Source: Lama glama
Taxonomy: Eukaryota
NCBI GenBank assembly: GCA_028534125.1
Contig: CM052827.1
Span: 46,562,001-46,626,000 of the forward strand
Direction of reading: 5' to 3'
DNA: 64,000 nucleotides
Both the position numbers and the translations under genes were made by a program. The notes under the pieces were generated by a model. It saw only the letters and a list, made by a program, of their open reading frames with translations, did not search any database and had not been told where the DNA came from. Below, in pieces: positions 36,607-48,843 of this stretch. Position 1 is the first letter of the stretch, and every line of letters begins with the position of its first letter.

Positions 36607-37656
36607 GACAAGACTGTCAGAGAATTGAATTTGGTGTTAACGAAGTTATCGAACCCAGTGACACTTTGCCGAGAACTCCAAACTACAGTATTTCAAGCAC
36701 ACTGAATCCTCAGGCCCCTGAATTTATTCTTAGTTGCACAACTTCCAAAAAGACCCCTGATGACATAGATAAAGAAGTTAACTACAGCCCTTCTGACTGC
36801 CAATACCCAGGCTCTGCCCTTGCTCTGGATGGCAGCTCTAATGTGGAGGCGGAAATTTTGGAAGCCGATGGTGTCTCAGGTGGTCTTGGACAAAGGGAGC
36901 GTAAAAAGAAGAAAAAACGTCCGCCTGGATATTACAGTTACTTGAAAGATGGCAATGAGGTTGGTACTTCCACAGAAGCTCTGGTCAATGGCCATGCCAA
37001 CCCAGCGGTCCCAAACAGTGTGGGCCCAGAGGATGCAGAGTTGATGGGTGATTTGCCCCCTTCGGGGACACTCAGGACTTGTGGCAGCCCTCAGGACTCC
37101 ACAGACTTTGTCAGTGATGCTGTGCCTGGTGGTTCTTTTCCTGGAGCCCTCGACAGTGAGGCCAGGACTGCAGGGCAGCCTGAAGGCTGCCAAGGGGCTG
37201 ACTTTGAACAATCCTGCCTCCCCGCAGAGGCTGGCAGGGATGCCCTGTTGAGGACAGCTGTGGCTCAGCCTTATTGTGGGACCGATACTACTGAGAACTT
37301 TGGAGTTGCTAACGGACAAATACTTGAATCCTTGGGCGAGGGCACAGCTGCCAACGGGGTGGAGCTGCACACTGTGGAAAGCACGGACTCGGACCCGACG
37401 AAAGCCGAGAGCACCTCGCCTCCTGCGGACACCCCGACCTCTGCGGTGGGCACCACTCCCACCAGTCAGCCTGCTAAGTCATGGGCCAGTCTCTTTCATG
37501 ATTCTAAGCCCTCTTCCTCCTCCTCCTCGCCCGTGGCTTCCATGGAAACTAAGTATTCCCCTCCCACCACGTCTCCCCTTGTCCCCGAAAAGCAGGCCGA
37601 AATCAAGGAAGGGCTGGTTCCAGTTTCAGAGGATCCTGTAGCCATAAAGATTGCAG
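36607..37656 (+). CDS. USP10: USP10 exon 4 (large disordered N-terminal region; PAM2 motif [12 protein letters not shown] at 36696-36731; basic RERKKKKKR at 36894-36920)
   Basis: aaacag|GA CAA GAC...ATT GCA G|gtacag, 1050 nt, phase 1/1; corresponds to ORF 36666..37682. Confidence 0.98.
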
Positions 37657-39070
37657 GTACAGTTCAAAAGGTACAGGTCTAAAGTGAAGATGGGAGCAGG
37701 TCTCATCGCCTGTTGAACGAGAAGTTTGAGAAAGTCTGGGCTAAAAACTGTGGTGGTATATTGTTACCCATAGCCATAGTAGCTGACCTGTATGTTAGAG
37801 GGATTTCTGAAGAACGCCTGTGCCTTAAATGTCATCTAAACATTTAAAAGTACTAAGAGTAAAATGATATATAAGCAAATGGGGTAGAGGTGGAGGTCAC
37901 ATCCATTATGTTAAGTAAAAGAAAAAAATCCATGTCGTTAGCAGTACATTTTGTTGACAGATTACATTTCCATTTCCTGCCTTTTGATCAAGTAATTGTG
38001 TTCTGTTGTACGACCACCATGGACAGTCCTATCTGTGGTACAGCTGTTGTGTACCTTTGGTGTCATAATCCTAATCTGGACTCACTTTGCCCTGTTTCTC
38101 TTTCTCTCTTAGGATATAAGAAAGTGTTCAGGTTTTTTTCTTTTTAATGCCAATTTTGGGTTGAATAAATGGATTTTTATTCAGTTTTAGTTCACCAAGG
38201 TCGGCTCCTGACAGGAGAAGAAAAACTCACAATTTGGCCGAAGGTTTATGTTATTTTGAAGTACTGAGACTCAAAAGTAGGATTAATTCACAGTAGAACT
38301 GTCAAGCTGCATGATTTGCAATTTTTAAAGTTCAAGTAGGAAGTCAGAAACCAAGAGGAGTGGGTATGCTGATCTGCATCTAAGCAGCCAGGGCTAGTTC
38401 TTCAGGTTTCGTTGCATCCAGGAGTTCAGTGGTTGCTCCTCAGATTCTCGCCCCATTAGCTGAGTTAGAACAAGCTGTCCTACTCAGGCTTTTTGTGATC
38501 TTTCCCAATTTAACATCTTGGGATACCTGACATTACTAGCGTGAGGATGAAAGCATTAGCAAGATGCAAGATGCATACCCTTCTGTGAATGATCAGAATT
38601 CCATCAACTATAGAATACATCCTTTTGATGGCAGTAAGATGACAGCAAGCAATACTTTAAAAATTTTTTAAGTAAGCATTTTATTCCTTATGCAGAATAC
38701 ATTATTTTGAATAATCTAGGGGTCTGGAATTCTCTTAAAATGAGAGGTTCATTGATAAACCAGTCATTTGGGTTTTTTAAATTACAGCTTTTAGATTATT
38801 TGGGTGTTTTTTTTATTATAACTTTTAAAATGTATTCATTGCAAGGGAAAGCTATTACAGTCAGGAAAAGACAATATAAGTCTTTGTATAGATCATTAAG
38901 TTAAAAGTTTACTTTTAACCTATTATGAGAAATATTTGGTGGGATACTTTTAAAAATGTACATTCTAGGTTCAAAGTCAGAAGGCATTGTATGTGTATTC
39001 TTAAAAATTGCTCCACAAAGGAAAACCTCCCATTCCTGGGAAACTTTCTCAATCTTTATTTAAAATAAGA

Positions 39071-39126
39071 AGGAAAAGCTTCATTTTAAATGTTTTAAAG
39101 GAAAAGATTCATTTAAATGTTTTAAA
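39071..39126. repeat. ~28-bp tandem duplication
   Basis: AGGAAAAGCTTCATTTTAAATGTTTTAA followed by AGGAAAAGATTCATTTAAATGTTTTAA. Confidence 0.8.
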
Positions 39127-42100
39127 GCATTCTAGTCATATGACTTTAAATGTGATTTAATATATAATTTGCTATGTATGTTAAAATCTAGTTGACCTGC
39201 TAAAATCTAATGTTAACCTACTTTCTGAAATATTGAAAGTAGGGGTCTTAGTTATTTGTATCAGTGAAGAGCATTGCTCCAACAGTTCAAGTAATTGTTT
39301 TTGTATCTCTCCCCCCCTCCCCATTTATTCTCCTAATCCTATTTTTGATTAGGTCTGCATTTCTGGATCACCTGCCTTGTCATTAAAAGTCTATGCCTAA
39401 TAAATGCTAAGTAATTTCTGTATAACCACAAGTGAAATTCAAATCAGAAAGACAAATCAGCTGTAAATGAAGAAAAAGAATCACAGAAGACATTTTGAAG
39501 TGAAAAACAACCAGCTCTTGATTACCCCGTAGTCTGTTTATCCATCACTTTAATGGGGTCTGCTTTCACCTTCTTGGTGGCAGGACCATCTTCATGGTGT
39601 CATTTTGTCAACATTTTGTTTCATTTGCTGTTTCTTCTTGAGTGTAAAGTATTATTAGAGAAGGAGATGGAAGGAAAGAGCAGTTAGACTGAAACACTGA
39701 ATGCCTTCCACAGCCCTGCAGGAAAGGTGAACCTGAACAAAAGGACTGCAGAGGCTTGGGGATGGATCTGTGTTTCAGTGAGTGGTTTAGAGTTTATGTC
39801 CGGGGAATAGGGGGTATATATGCCATTTTTCAGTAGAAATGACTGAGCCAGGAGAAATGACTGAGAAAGAAACTTAAGAATCTTCATTCTTCATGACTTG
39901 TATTGAAAGTAGTTGCAGAACATTAGGCTCACCCATGTTGGAGAGTAAGTATGACCTGCTTACTTACCAGTAACATAGGGATAATCTGTGCTGTTGCTTG
40001 GCCATTAGCTCACGTAGTGGAGAGTTGGCTATATGTGTGATGTTGGAAATGAAACATCCTTATGATGAACCTTAAACTCTTCTTGGGTTTTTACTGAGGA
40101 GCGCTTGTCATATCCCAAACCTTAATTGTATCAGATGCCTTCACATCACAAATAGAGCTATTTTGTATTTTATGTTTTGCTTTTAAAATCATGCATCAGT
40201 GTATTTTGTTTTAAAGGAGTGTAAATAATGGTGGGCAGGAAGAGAGGCCAGACCAGGTACCCAGACTGAATGAGGTTAAATTCCAGTTATAAGAGAACTA
40301 GGTAAACTGAGTTCTTAGACAGCTTTAAAAAAAAAGTTCTGTGAGGGAATTGAGGTATCTACAGTAATATCACTTCTTATGAATTTTCATTAAAACACAT
40401 TTAATATATGATTTTGTACAGTTTAATACCTAAAAATTGTTGCTGGAGAGAGCAACAAAATCATTGCAGGTTAGATCTGCTCAGAAAAATGAATTCTTGG
40501 GTTCGTATTTATTTTAAACAAAAATATACCTTGATTGATCTTTGTTTTGGTGGTTTATATATCAATTTTATATTTCCCCCATCCTTGGGAAATGATTTTT
40601 CAGTTACTTTGAATTTTCAAATTCCCTGAAGCAGCAAAGGCAGTGATAATGCAGCGTGCACTCACCTGAAAAGGAACAGCACCTGTGCAGGAATCGCAGA
40701 ATTGTGCTGGTAATAGGGAGTTCAGTCCATATCTGAGTTGACAGGTGTATGTCCTTGCTGATATTTCTGTTATGTCTCTTTTATAGAACTAAACAGAGAC
40801 CCCTCCACTTATAAAGCGTATGTTGATCTATGGCCAATGGGTAGTGGTTCATTTTGGTCACTTTGCTGTCCTCCACCTGATTAGGTAACCAAGATAGCAT
40901 GTGTTCTTCCAAAGTGATGTAATGAGGAAAAGAAAGACACTTGGAGAATGTTCTGGACAGTTAGGAAGATGACAGAAAAGCAGGTCAACAGCATCAGAAT
41001 GTTGATTACGAGCCAGTTATTGATCGTTAAGAATCAGTGAAAATTCTGCACCTTGAATTTTCATGGATTTTAAATGGTAATATGACCTAAATCCTAATTT
41101 TAGAAAAACAAATTTGATACGTAAAATATGTATAAGAGTAATCATAGTTTATATTGACTTAAGAGTTTACAGTGCTAGTTTTGCCACTGAGTTCATAAAT
41201 GATTTCATTTGAGTAATCTGTAACAGATGTGAGCTACTGTATGTGTCTTTGATATATAAGAGAGGAAATTAACCACTGTTTTTGTCTGTCAGCAGATTTC
41301 ATAAGAAAGCTGAACTTTAATTCATTTAATGTATGAACTATTACACAGGTGAAGATAATGTTGTCAATTTCATATCTTTTATGTGATACGAAGTCACATG
41401 GCATTTCATGCCATTCTAATGACATTGTTCTGGGCAGCCCTACCAACTCCGGTGGAAAAGATGATTGAGGGGGCCACCTTCCTAAATTTAATATCTAAAT
41501 GGATCTGAGAAGTAAATTACACCAACAGTGATGGATTGAAAGGAAGGCCTCTAGGGGAAAGTTTGTTATTAGAGTTAACTTAACGATTATTTGCCTTAAA
41601 GGATGGTAAAATAGAAAACTGACAGTGATGGCTTGGGACCATAGGTCAGGTTTAAAGTTTCAGCCTCAGGAAATACTCTCTCTGTCTCCTTAGGCTGCCC
41701 TTCCTGGTTTTAATTATTTTGACCTCCATAATTACAGTGCTTATTGGACTTTGGGCTAGGAATAAAATAGTAAATGGAAACAGTGATGTTGTTAATAAAA
41801 GAAACTTAATGAAGTGTAGAGCCAGTGGTTATGTCAAAAAATTATCAGAATTCATACTGGTTTAACTGCAAGTCATGAATATTGACCTCTGAATTACAGC
41901 AATAAGATCTATTCATTTTGGGATTTGGATCAGTGACTTTACAGGAATTATATGTATTGTAAAACTGAACATTTAAATTGTTCAGACACTTGGTTTTTTA
42001 ATCAAAAATCTTAGACAATAAGATATTTAACCTTAATTTTTTACCTTTCATTCCATTTGGAGAGTAACTTTATTAGTATATATTCATAAAATAGTCAAAA

Positions 42101-42606
42101 CTTAACTTTAAGGAATTTAAGCTAACGTTTCTTGGAGTACTGTGAAGTGTTGGTTCTCTTAAACTCTTCCGTAAAGTAATTTCCTTTTTCCTTCTCTCCC
42201 CACCTGTATTAGCTCTTTATTTTCTGGTAAGAATTATGGAGCATCTGTAATGAGCTGCCCAATATTACGTTATCACATGTCCTCAGCATAACCATGCATG
42301 GGGCAGTGTGTTGTCTGCTCCAGGCTGCAGAGGGAGGACCAGGACATGAACCCTAGTCGCCTGCTCTGTCTTCCTGGACTCTTGCCCTCAGTCTGCCTCT
42401 CCACTAGTGCACCCAGCTGCCAGAGGCTCTCTGCGCTGTGTGGTAGGATGACCTTTAAACCCCACTGGGTCGTTCCTGACAAATGGAATGGATTCATGTG
42501 CCACACCCACAGCTTTAGTCTCCAGAGGTTGAATTCATCCCGTTTCTGTCTAGTGAGTACTTAACTGTATGCTGCCCACTATCTAGGTCAGTAACAACAG
42601 GTGTTG

Positions 42607-42925
42607 CCCTGAGGGCTGTCCAGGGAACAAGATAGGAAAGAACAGATGGCAGCTCCTACTAGGAGAAAGAGAGAAGCAGTCCTTTGCAGAGGGGTGCAAG
42701 GGAAGGAAGGAGGCTGGGAGACTGGTGGAGCCAGTGGGCTGGGCAGTGTCGGACCAGGAATGAAGGAGGCCGTAAGTCCTGCAGCCTGGACGGGGGGCTC
42801 AACAGAGCAGCTGACAGTGCGGGCCTTGTCCCTAAGGAGCCCCTCTGCAAGTGATGACTCTCTTTCTCCTAGTAAGAGCTGCCATCTGTTCCTTTCCTGT
42901 CTTGTTCCTTAGACAGCCCTCAGGG
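42607..42925. repeat. Long inverted repeat, arms 42607-42673 and 42858-42925, ~184-nt spacer
   Basis: The reverse complement of the right arm matches the left arm with 4 substitutions and 1 indel over about 67 nt. Confidence 0.95.
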
Positions 42926-45900
42926 TGAGGCCAGTTGTTGATCAGGAACCGAGACAGTGAGCAAGACACACCACCACCCCGAGACCCAGGTGTGCACGGC
43001 TGCAGGCGTCAGTCAGTCCTGCTTTGAGATCTGGAGTCACTGGACCATGTAACAGGGTGATACTGTATTTTAGCTGATGAAAGACTTGCCACTGTAGAGA
43101 AATATTTTCTAGAATAATAACACAATTGTTAAGGAAAATCTAGACTGCTTAGTTTCTTCTCTGTATGTTCTCAGTCTGTAAAGACTGATTCATCTGTATT
43201 TATTGTACCAGAAGGCGCTCAAAGGATGTTAAAGACTTTAAAAGAAGCTAGTTCAGTACATTCTCTAATAAATGTACTGAGAGCAGAATGTCCTTTTGTT
43301 ATACATTTATGTTTCAGAGTTTTTGCCTTTTTACTTCTGGACATGTGTGTCTACTTGGGAAGTTTTGTTACTTGCAGTTACTGAACAAACCACTAGGTGA
43401 TGCTAAGAGACTTGAACTTAATATTATGGAAGACACAGTGAAACTTTTTTTTAACCTACCCATTCCTTAAAATAAACAAACCAAAAGTAGTGGCCTGAAG
43501 TGTGCATTGATTCAAAGTAAGGGTTGCTGTAGAAACTAAACGGTTCTGTCCAACCGATACATACTGTTCCCTGGATAAATGTTGGAAAAAAGTCAGTTAA
43601 TAGTTTTAAATCAGATGTATTCTGTGATTTCACAGGCCTTGAGGGTTTCAGCCTCTAGGTGTGCAGATTGTTCTGGGTATGTAGTTCATTTAAGAACATA
43701 AGAGGAGATGGGTTTTCTAGCTTACAGCAGTTAGTTCTTGATATTTTTATACATGCTTCCCCTTTGAGAGTGGAGTTGGCCTCGTCATAAATGATTTTAA
43801 AAATTTAACAAAATGCGAATTGAGTACTTTGACCAATCTATAAGCACATTTTTGAGTCTGTTAAAGCAGGTGACATAGGAGGGAGGTTTCAGGTTGGTCT
43901 TGGGTGCATGTCCCTGGTCATTTTCTTCCTGTTTCCCTTCAGTGTGTGTGTTGAGCAGGAATCAATATCATCAGGCCACCTCCCCTGTCCCCTCCACCCC
44001 TGCCCTACCTTGGGAGCCTTTGCCTCTAGTGCTGTTTTCACTTGTTTCCCTTCGAAACCCTGGTGGTTCTGCCCTTCCATAGCTCCTTCTGTCCTGCGAT
44101 CCTGTGAACCCCTGAGCAGCCCCTTCCTGGCTCGCTCCTTAGCTGGGCCTCTGGCCAGAGGAGCCTGCGTGAGCACTCTCCACTCTGCATCCCTCCTTGA
44201 GGCTCTTGGACCTGCTTCTGCCACCACCAGTTGTCCTCAGCATGTCACTGGGACATTTGGTTCTACTTCTGACCCTTTGCTGTCAGAATGTACAATTCAA
44301 GCCCTGAGCTGCAGGGTCCTGTGTCCACATGTGAGTAGAGACATGTCACTTGCTGGTCTGTGATGTCAGTGTACTCTATTGGTGTCACATGAGTGCCTCT
44401 TATCTGAAACTGTAAAAATGAATTCATCCCCTCGTCACTGCACAGAACAAAAAAGAACCCACCTACCTGTCACATTTCTTCTCTGGGTGGAAGACATCAG
44501 CACCCCAGCTGGAGACATTCTTCTAGTGCCGTTTGCCGTCACAGACCCCTGGCCATGCCAGGTTTCTCCAGTCCTTGGGTTGGGTGGAGTATTCCTCCAC
44601 GGACCCCCCTTTAGCTTAGTCTGCCCTATGTCATCCCTTCTTCACTGGTCTGCAGGCTCTCCTGCAGCAGGGGCACCGCCTCGGTCACCTCTGTGCCTGC
44701 AGGACCTGGTGCCAGGCAGGACTTAGCAAGTGGCAGTGTGTCATTTATCTGAGGTCCTCGTGCTGGGAAGACAGGTGGCTTTGAGTTTACGATTGTGTAA
44801 GAAATAATTGTTTTTAGACATAAAAATACCATGTATGGCAGATTCACAGATGTCAAGCTGGAGTGTTGATTGGGGACTGATGCTTATTTGAAAACTCAGA
44901 TTTTTTGGTAGAGTAATTATGTTGAATAATCACCATTCTTTGGCATGCATGGGAAAGTATGGGCTTTTGTGAGAAATGGCTGAAAGACAAATGTAAAAAT
45001 CCGTTGTAAGTAGAAGATCTTTAGCTTGTGGGGAAAATTATTAGCATCTGAAACCTTAGAGTAAAAGGGTTTTGAAGTGGAGCCCGTTACCTGTTGAAAG
45101 ATTTCATTGCATTCTCTTGAGTCTGTAATGCGGCATTTTATAATAAATGGGGAAGTTATTCTTATGCTTCCTCAATTAGAAGAAAGCATTTACCTTTACA
45201 GGAGAGAGGGAGGTGTGTGTGTTGACATTAGAATCTTGCAAATTAATTTCTTCAGTACTTAAGTCTGGGGCCACCTCTCAGTCCAGCTGTGTTTTTAGAG
45301 AAGAGAAGTTTCTTTGGTTTAAGTGATGCCTTGGATGAATGCTAATACCTACCACATGTATGCTCCCTGGTATACAGGTTTAAAAATTAAGGGAGGCAGT
45401 ATAGTGTGGTCACAGATCATGGATTTCAGTTGCTGCCTGTGTTGCCTGGCTCCTGCATGATCATAGGCGAGCTAATTAACTGTGAGCCTTAATTTCCTCT
45501 TGGTGGAAAGAGGGTGGTGGTGGTTCTCCTGGATTACTGAGAAGGAAGTGCGGCACTTGTCAAGTGTAGAAGGTGTCCATAAATAATGTAGCTATCTCTG
45601 TTACACGATTCATAAGGGACATTGGGAGACCTTCTCTTGTTTTAAAGCATTTCTGGGTTAGGGGGATGTTTAAAGGACTTAATTATTTAAAGCATTAAAG
45701 CATTGATTGTATAAAGATGGCTTTCACAGTTATCTTAAGACTGTGAACAATGTCAAAAGATGAATCTGAGGATAGTGAAGCTTGTTTTTAAATGGAATCA
45801 GGGGTTCTAGTGTACACACAGTCCCTAAATGGGACTTCTGATGAGAAATATAATTTAGTGTTAGTAGGAGACAACTGTTTCTAAAAGGAGGGTTGCCATT

Positions 45901-46300
45901 CGCTGAACAGCCCCTGAGCACCCGCTGTTGTGTGCTGGGCACTCAGACGTGAACGAGATGGGTCCTGCACATCCACATCTTTGTAGCTGGTCTTTTTAAT
46001 CTGTTCCCTAATACTGTTGTGTTGTTTTTTAAGCCTTCTCTGTTTCTTTTTAAAACGATTCTTGTGCTCCCTAGTTATATTACCACAGGAAGGTAAATAA
46101 ATGTTGGTGTTTGGGGGGAAATATTTTTTAAAATTTCAGTCGTTAAATAATTACATGATGTTGAACAGAACAAAGGTTTTGCACAGGATGCCTTCTGTTT
46201 GGACGTGTGCTTTACTGATGGGGTTCACGCTCCCAGAGTGGAGCCAGAGAGTTGTCCAACAGACGCTGTTAACGTCTTCCCTGTGCTTCTTCCCTCGCAG

Positions 46301-46392
46301 AGTTACTGGAGAACGTGACCCTGATACACAAGCCAGTGTCACTGCAACCCCGTGGGCTGATCAATAAAGGAAACTGGTGCTACATTAATGCT
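46301..46392 (+). CDS. USP10: USP10 exon 5 ([31 protein letters not shown]), catalytic Cys codon at 46378-46380
   Basis: ctcgcag|AG TTA...AAT GCT|gtatcctt, 92 nt, USP Cys box. Confidence 0.98.
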
Positions 46393-46892
46393 GTATCCTT
46401 CTCAGATGCTGCCCCAAGTCTGGCTTTCTACAGCTTTCTCTTCCTGGCACATTCCACTTAGTTCAGCTTCTGTGGGCATCTGCTCCACATGTGAATCCAA
46501 AACCTTGGTTCCTTACTGCGTATAAATGGGGTTATTCCTAACCGAAAAAATGGAGGTCATTTGTTGACCTGTGTGACTGAGAGAATCAGAATAAGGCAAT
46601 TTTTATTCTCATTAAAATGGTCCCGAATAATAGGGCTGAGTGACCCCTTACAACTGGAAATCTTGTATTAATTGATTATCTTGGTTGAATCAGGTTCTTG
46701 TATATAAATTTCTTGGCTATCACAAGGCAAGTTATCCCTGAGATTATTTGGTTTATTCCCTTTTTGTGTTTTCATATCTAAGTCGTTCAGTGTTCTTGCC
46801 TTAGTTTTGTACGCTCATGTTTTCAGCGTTCCTTTCAACAACTTGGAGTGCCTGTTTCATTTCCTTTACGCTTCCTTTCTGCTATCATTTAG
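46393..46892 (+). other. USP10: U12-type (minor spliceosome) GT-AG intron 5
   Basis: 5' splice site GTATCCTT matches the U12 consensus RTATCCTT. Branch-like TTCCTTTAC at 46861-46869 (consensus TTCCTTRAC) places the branch A about 24 nt before the AG. Length 500 nt. Confidence 0.88.
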
Positions 46893-47002
46893 ACACTGCA
46901 GGCATTGGTTGCTTGCCCTCCGATGTATCACCTGATGAAGTTCATTCCTCTGTATTCAAAAGTGCAAAGGCCTTGTACATCCACACCCATGATAGATAGC
47001 TT
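46893..47002 (+). CDS. USP10: USP10 exon 6 ([37 protein letters not shown])
   Basis: tttag|ACA CTG...AGC TT|gtaagt, 110 nt. Confidence 0.97.
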
Positions 47003-47430
47003 GTAAGTAAGGTGCTAAAACTGTGGGAAGGGGTGGGCTTCTTCCCTTCTGATAATTAGATTCAAATAGCTTAGTGAAGCTCTTGATTCTGTTTTTGCAA
47101 ATGAGTCCTGTAATTCTATTTTTTAAAGAATTTACTGTTCATGATTTTGTATGGAAGTTAACCAGAAATGGAATTGGAGCATTGTTTTATCTGTATTCTT
47201 TAGAGTCAGTTGAATAAATTTTTAGTGTCTACCAGTTTATATCACTTAAATATACCCAAAACTTCTATTGAAAAGATTTAAGAACTCACCAGCTGTTGTA
47301 GTATTGATTATCTGATGTTTGCTGTCTTCACACTAGTTAATAATGTTCTACTTAGCCATCAAGGCTTTTCAGTAAAAGTATGTCTTTTTGTAGAAATGTG
47401 CTACTTAACATTTTTTCCCTCCATGTTTAG

Positions 47431-47486
47431 TGTTCGGCTAATGAATGAGTTTACTAATATGCCAGTACCTCCAAAACCCAGACAAG
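47431..47486 (+). CDS. USP10: USP10 exon 7 (VRLMNEFTNMPVPPKPRQ-A)
   Basis: tttag|T GTT...CAA G|gtgagt, 56 nt. Confidence 0.97.
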
Positions 47487-47721
47487 GTGAGTAAAAACGA
47501 GATCTTCTGATTCCATTTCATATTGGAAGTTATCAAGTCAGATGGCTGACTTTGATCAGTTCAGTCTTGCTGGAAAGAAAATGTCCTTTTACATAGAGGT
47601 TGCTATGGCAGTGTTATTCTTGACATGGGTTGGGGTGGGCAGGGTTTTGATGATTTTGCTTTTCATCATTTTTTTAAGACTTCATTTAGTTACGAAAATT
47701 TGTGTCCTGTTTCCGTTGCAG

Positions 47722-47825
47722 CTCTCGGGGATAAAATCGTGAGGGATATCCGCCCTGGAGCTGCCTTTGAACCCACATATATTTATAGACTCCTGACAGT
47801 TATCAAGTCGAGCCTGTCTGAAAAG
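47722..47825 (+). CDS. USP10: USP10 exon 8 ([34 protein letters not shown])
   Basis: ttgcag|CT CTC...AAG|gtttgg, 104 nt. Confidence 0.97.
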
Positions 47826-48843
47826 GTTTGGGACTGCCGTCACGTAGCCAGTGTGAAGTTTGTGCCTTAACTGTTGCTTATTCAGTGCTTGCCCTCTGCT
47901 TGAAGTGCGGTGATTAAGTGGGTGTTCACTGGATCTGGGCTTGTTCTGGAGGTTGCTGGGATGAATTAAAGAGTAGGATGAAAAGCCATCGCAGTCAGGG
48001 ACAACTGTCATTTACTGTGCACCGACTGCTGCTGTAAGTTCGTGCCGTACATTAATGTATTTAACCCTGTGAATAAACTGTGATTATTGTCTGCATGTTA
48101 CATTTGAGAAAAGTGAAGTCATTGTCCAGGGTCTTAGCTAATAAATGGCAGAGCCTGGCAGCCTAGTCGGCTCTTTACCCAGTGCATGGGCTGCCTTTCA
48201 GGATGGCAGAGTGGTGGGCTGGGGACAGTGTCGGCCCTCAGGAGAGCTGCCATCTGTCACACTCATGTGCTGTGGTGGCTTATCCTGCACTGGGGTCCTT
48301 GACGCTCTTACCTACGTTTTCACCACTACACTTGGCTACTGAGGGCATGGGGCCAGGGGCCAAGGAGGTCCTGTGAAGGGCCCTGACGGCCATTGAGAGT
48401 AAAGCAGAGGCACCTTTTGCACAGTTAACTGGAGAGTTTTTTTATTCTGAACAGAGTTTGTGATGAGTCAGTACAGGTCATTGAAATGATGCTTAGGGAA
48501 ATTATTTAGGAAAATAGTCAAGAAAATTCAGTTAAACAAAGTAATGTTGTTTGAAGAAAGGTGAATGCCAAGGGCAGTGCAGTACCTGATCCCACCAGGG
48601 AGGCTCTTCAGGAGTTAAGCTCAGAATTTACGTTTCGCAGGTAATGGGAAATAATACTCCGTCAGGGGAGTTCAAACTATAACCTAAGGAAACAGACAAG
48701 GCAAGTACCAGGATGGATGTGTGTACAGCTGCCTTAGAAGCCCGTGGAGGGCCACCCAGCTCAGGTGGAGCCGAGGTGCAGCTCAGGGGACTTCCTGTGG
48801 TTGAGCAGCACTGAAATCCTGTGTCTTTCAGTTGTATTACTAC

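Noticed and set aside
36876-37641. Antisense and alternative-frame ORFs over exon 4
   Set aside because: Shadow ORFs of the real USP10 coding frame
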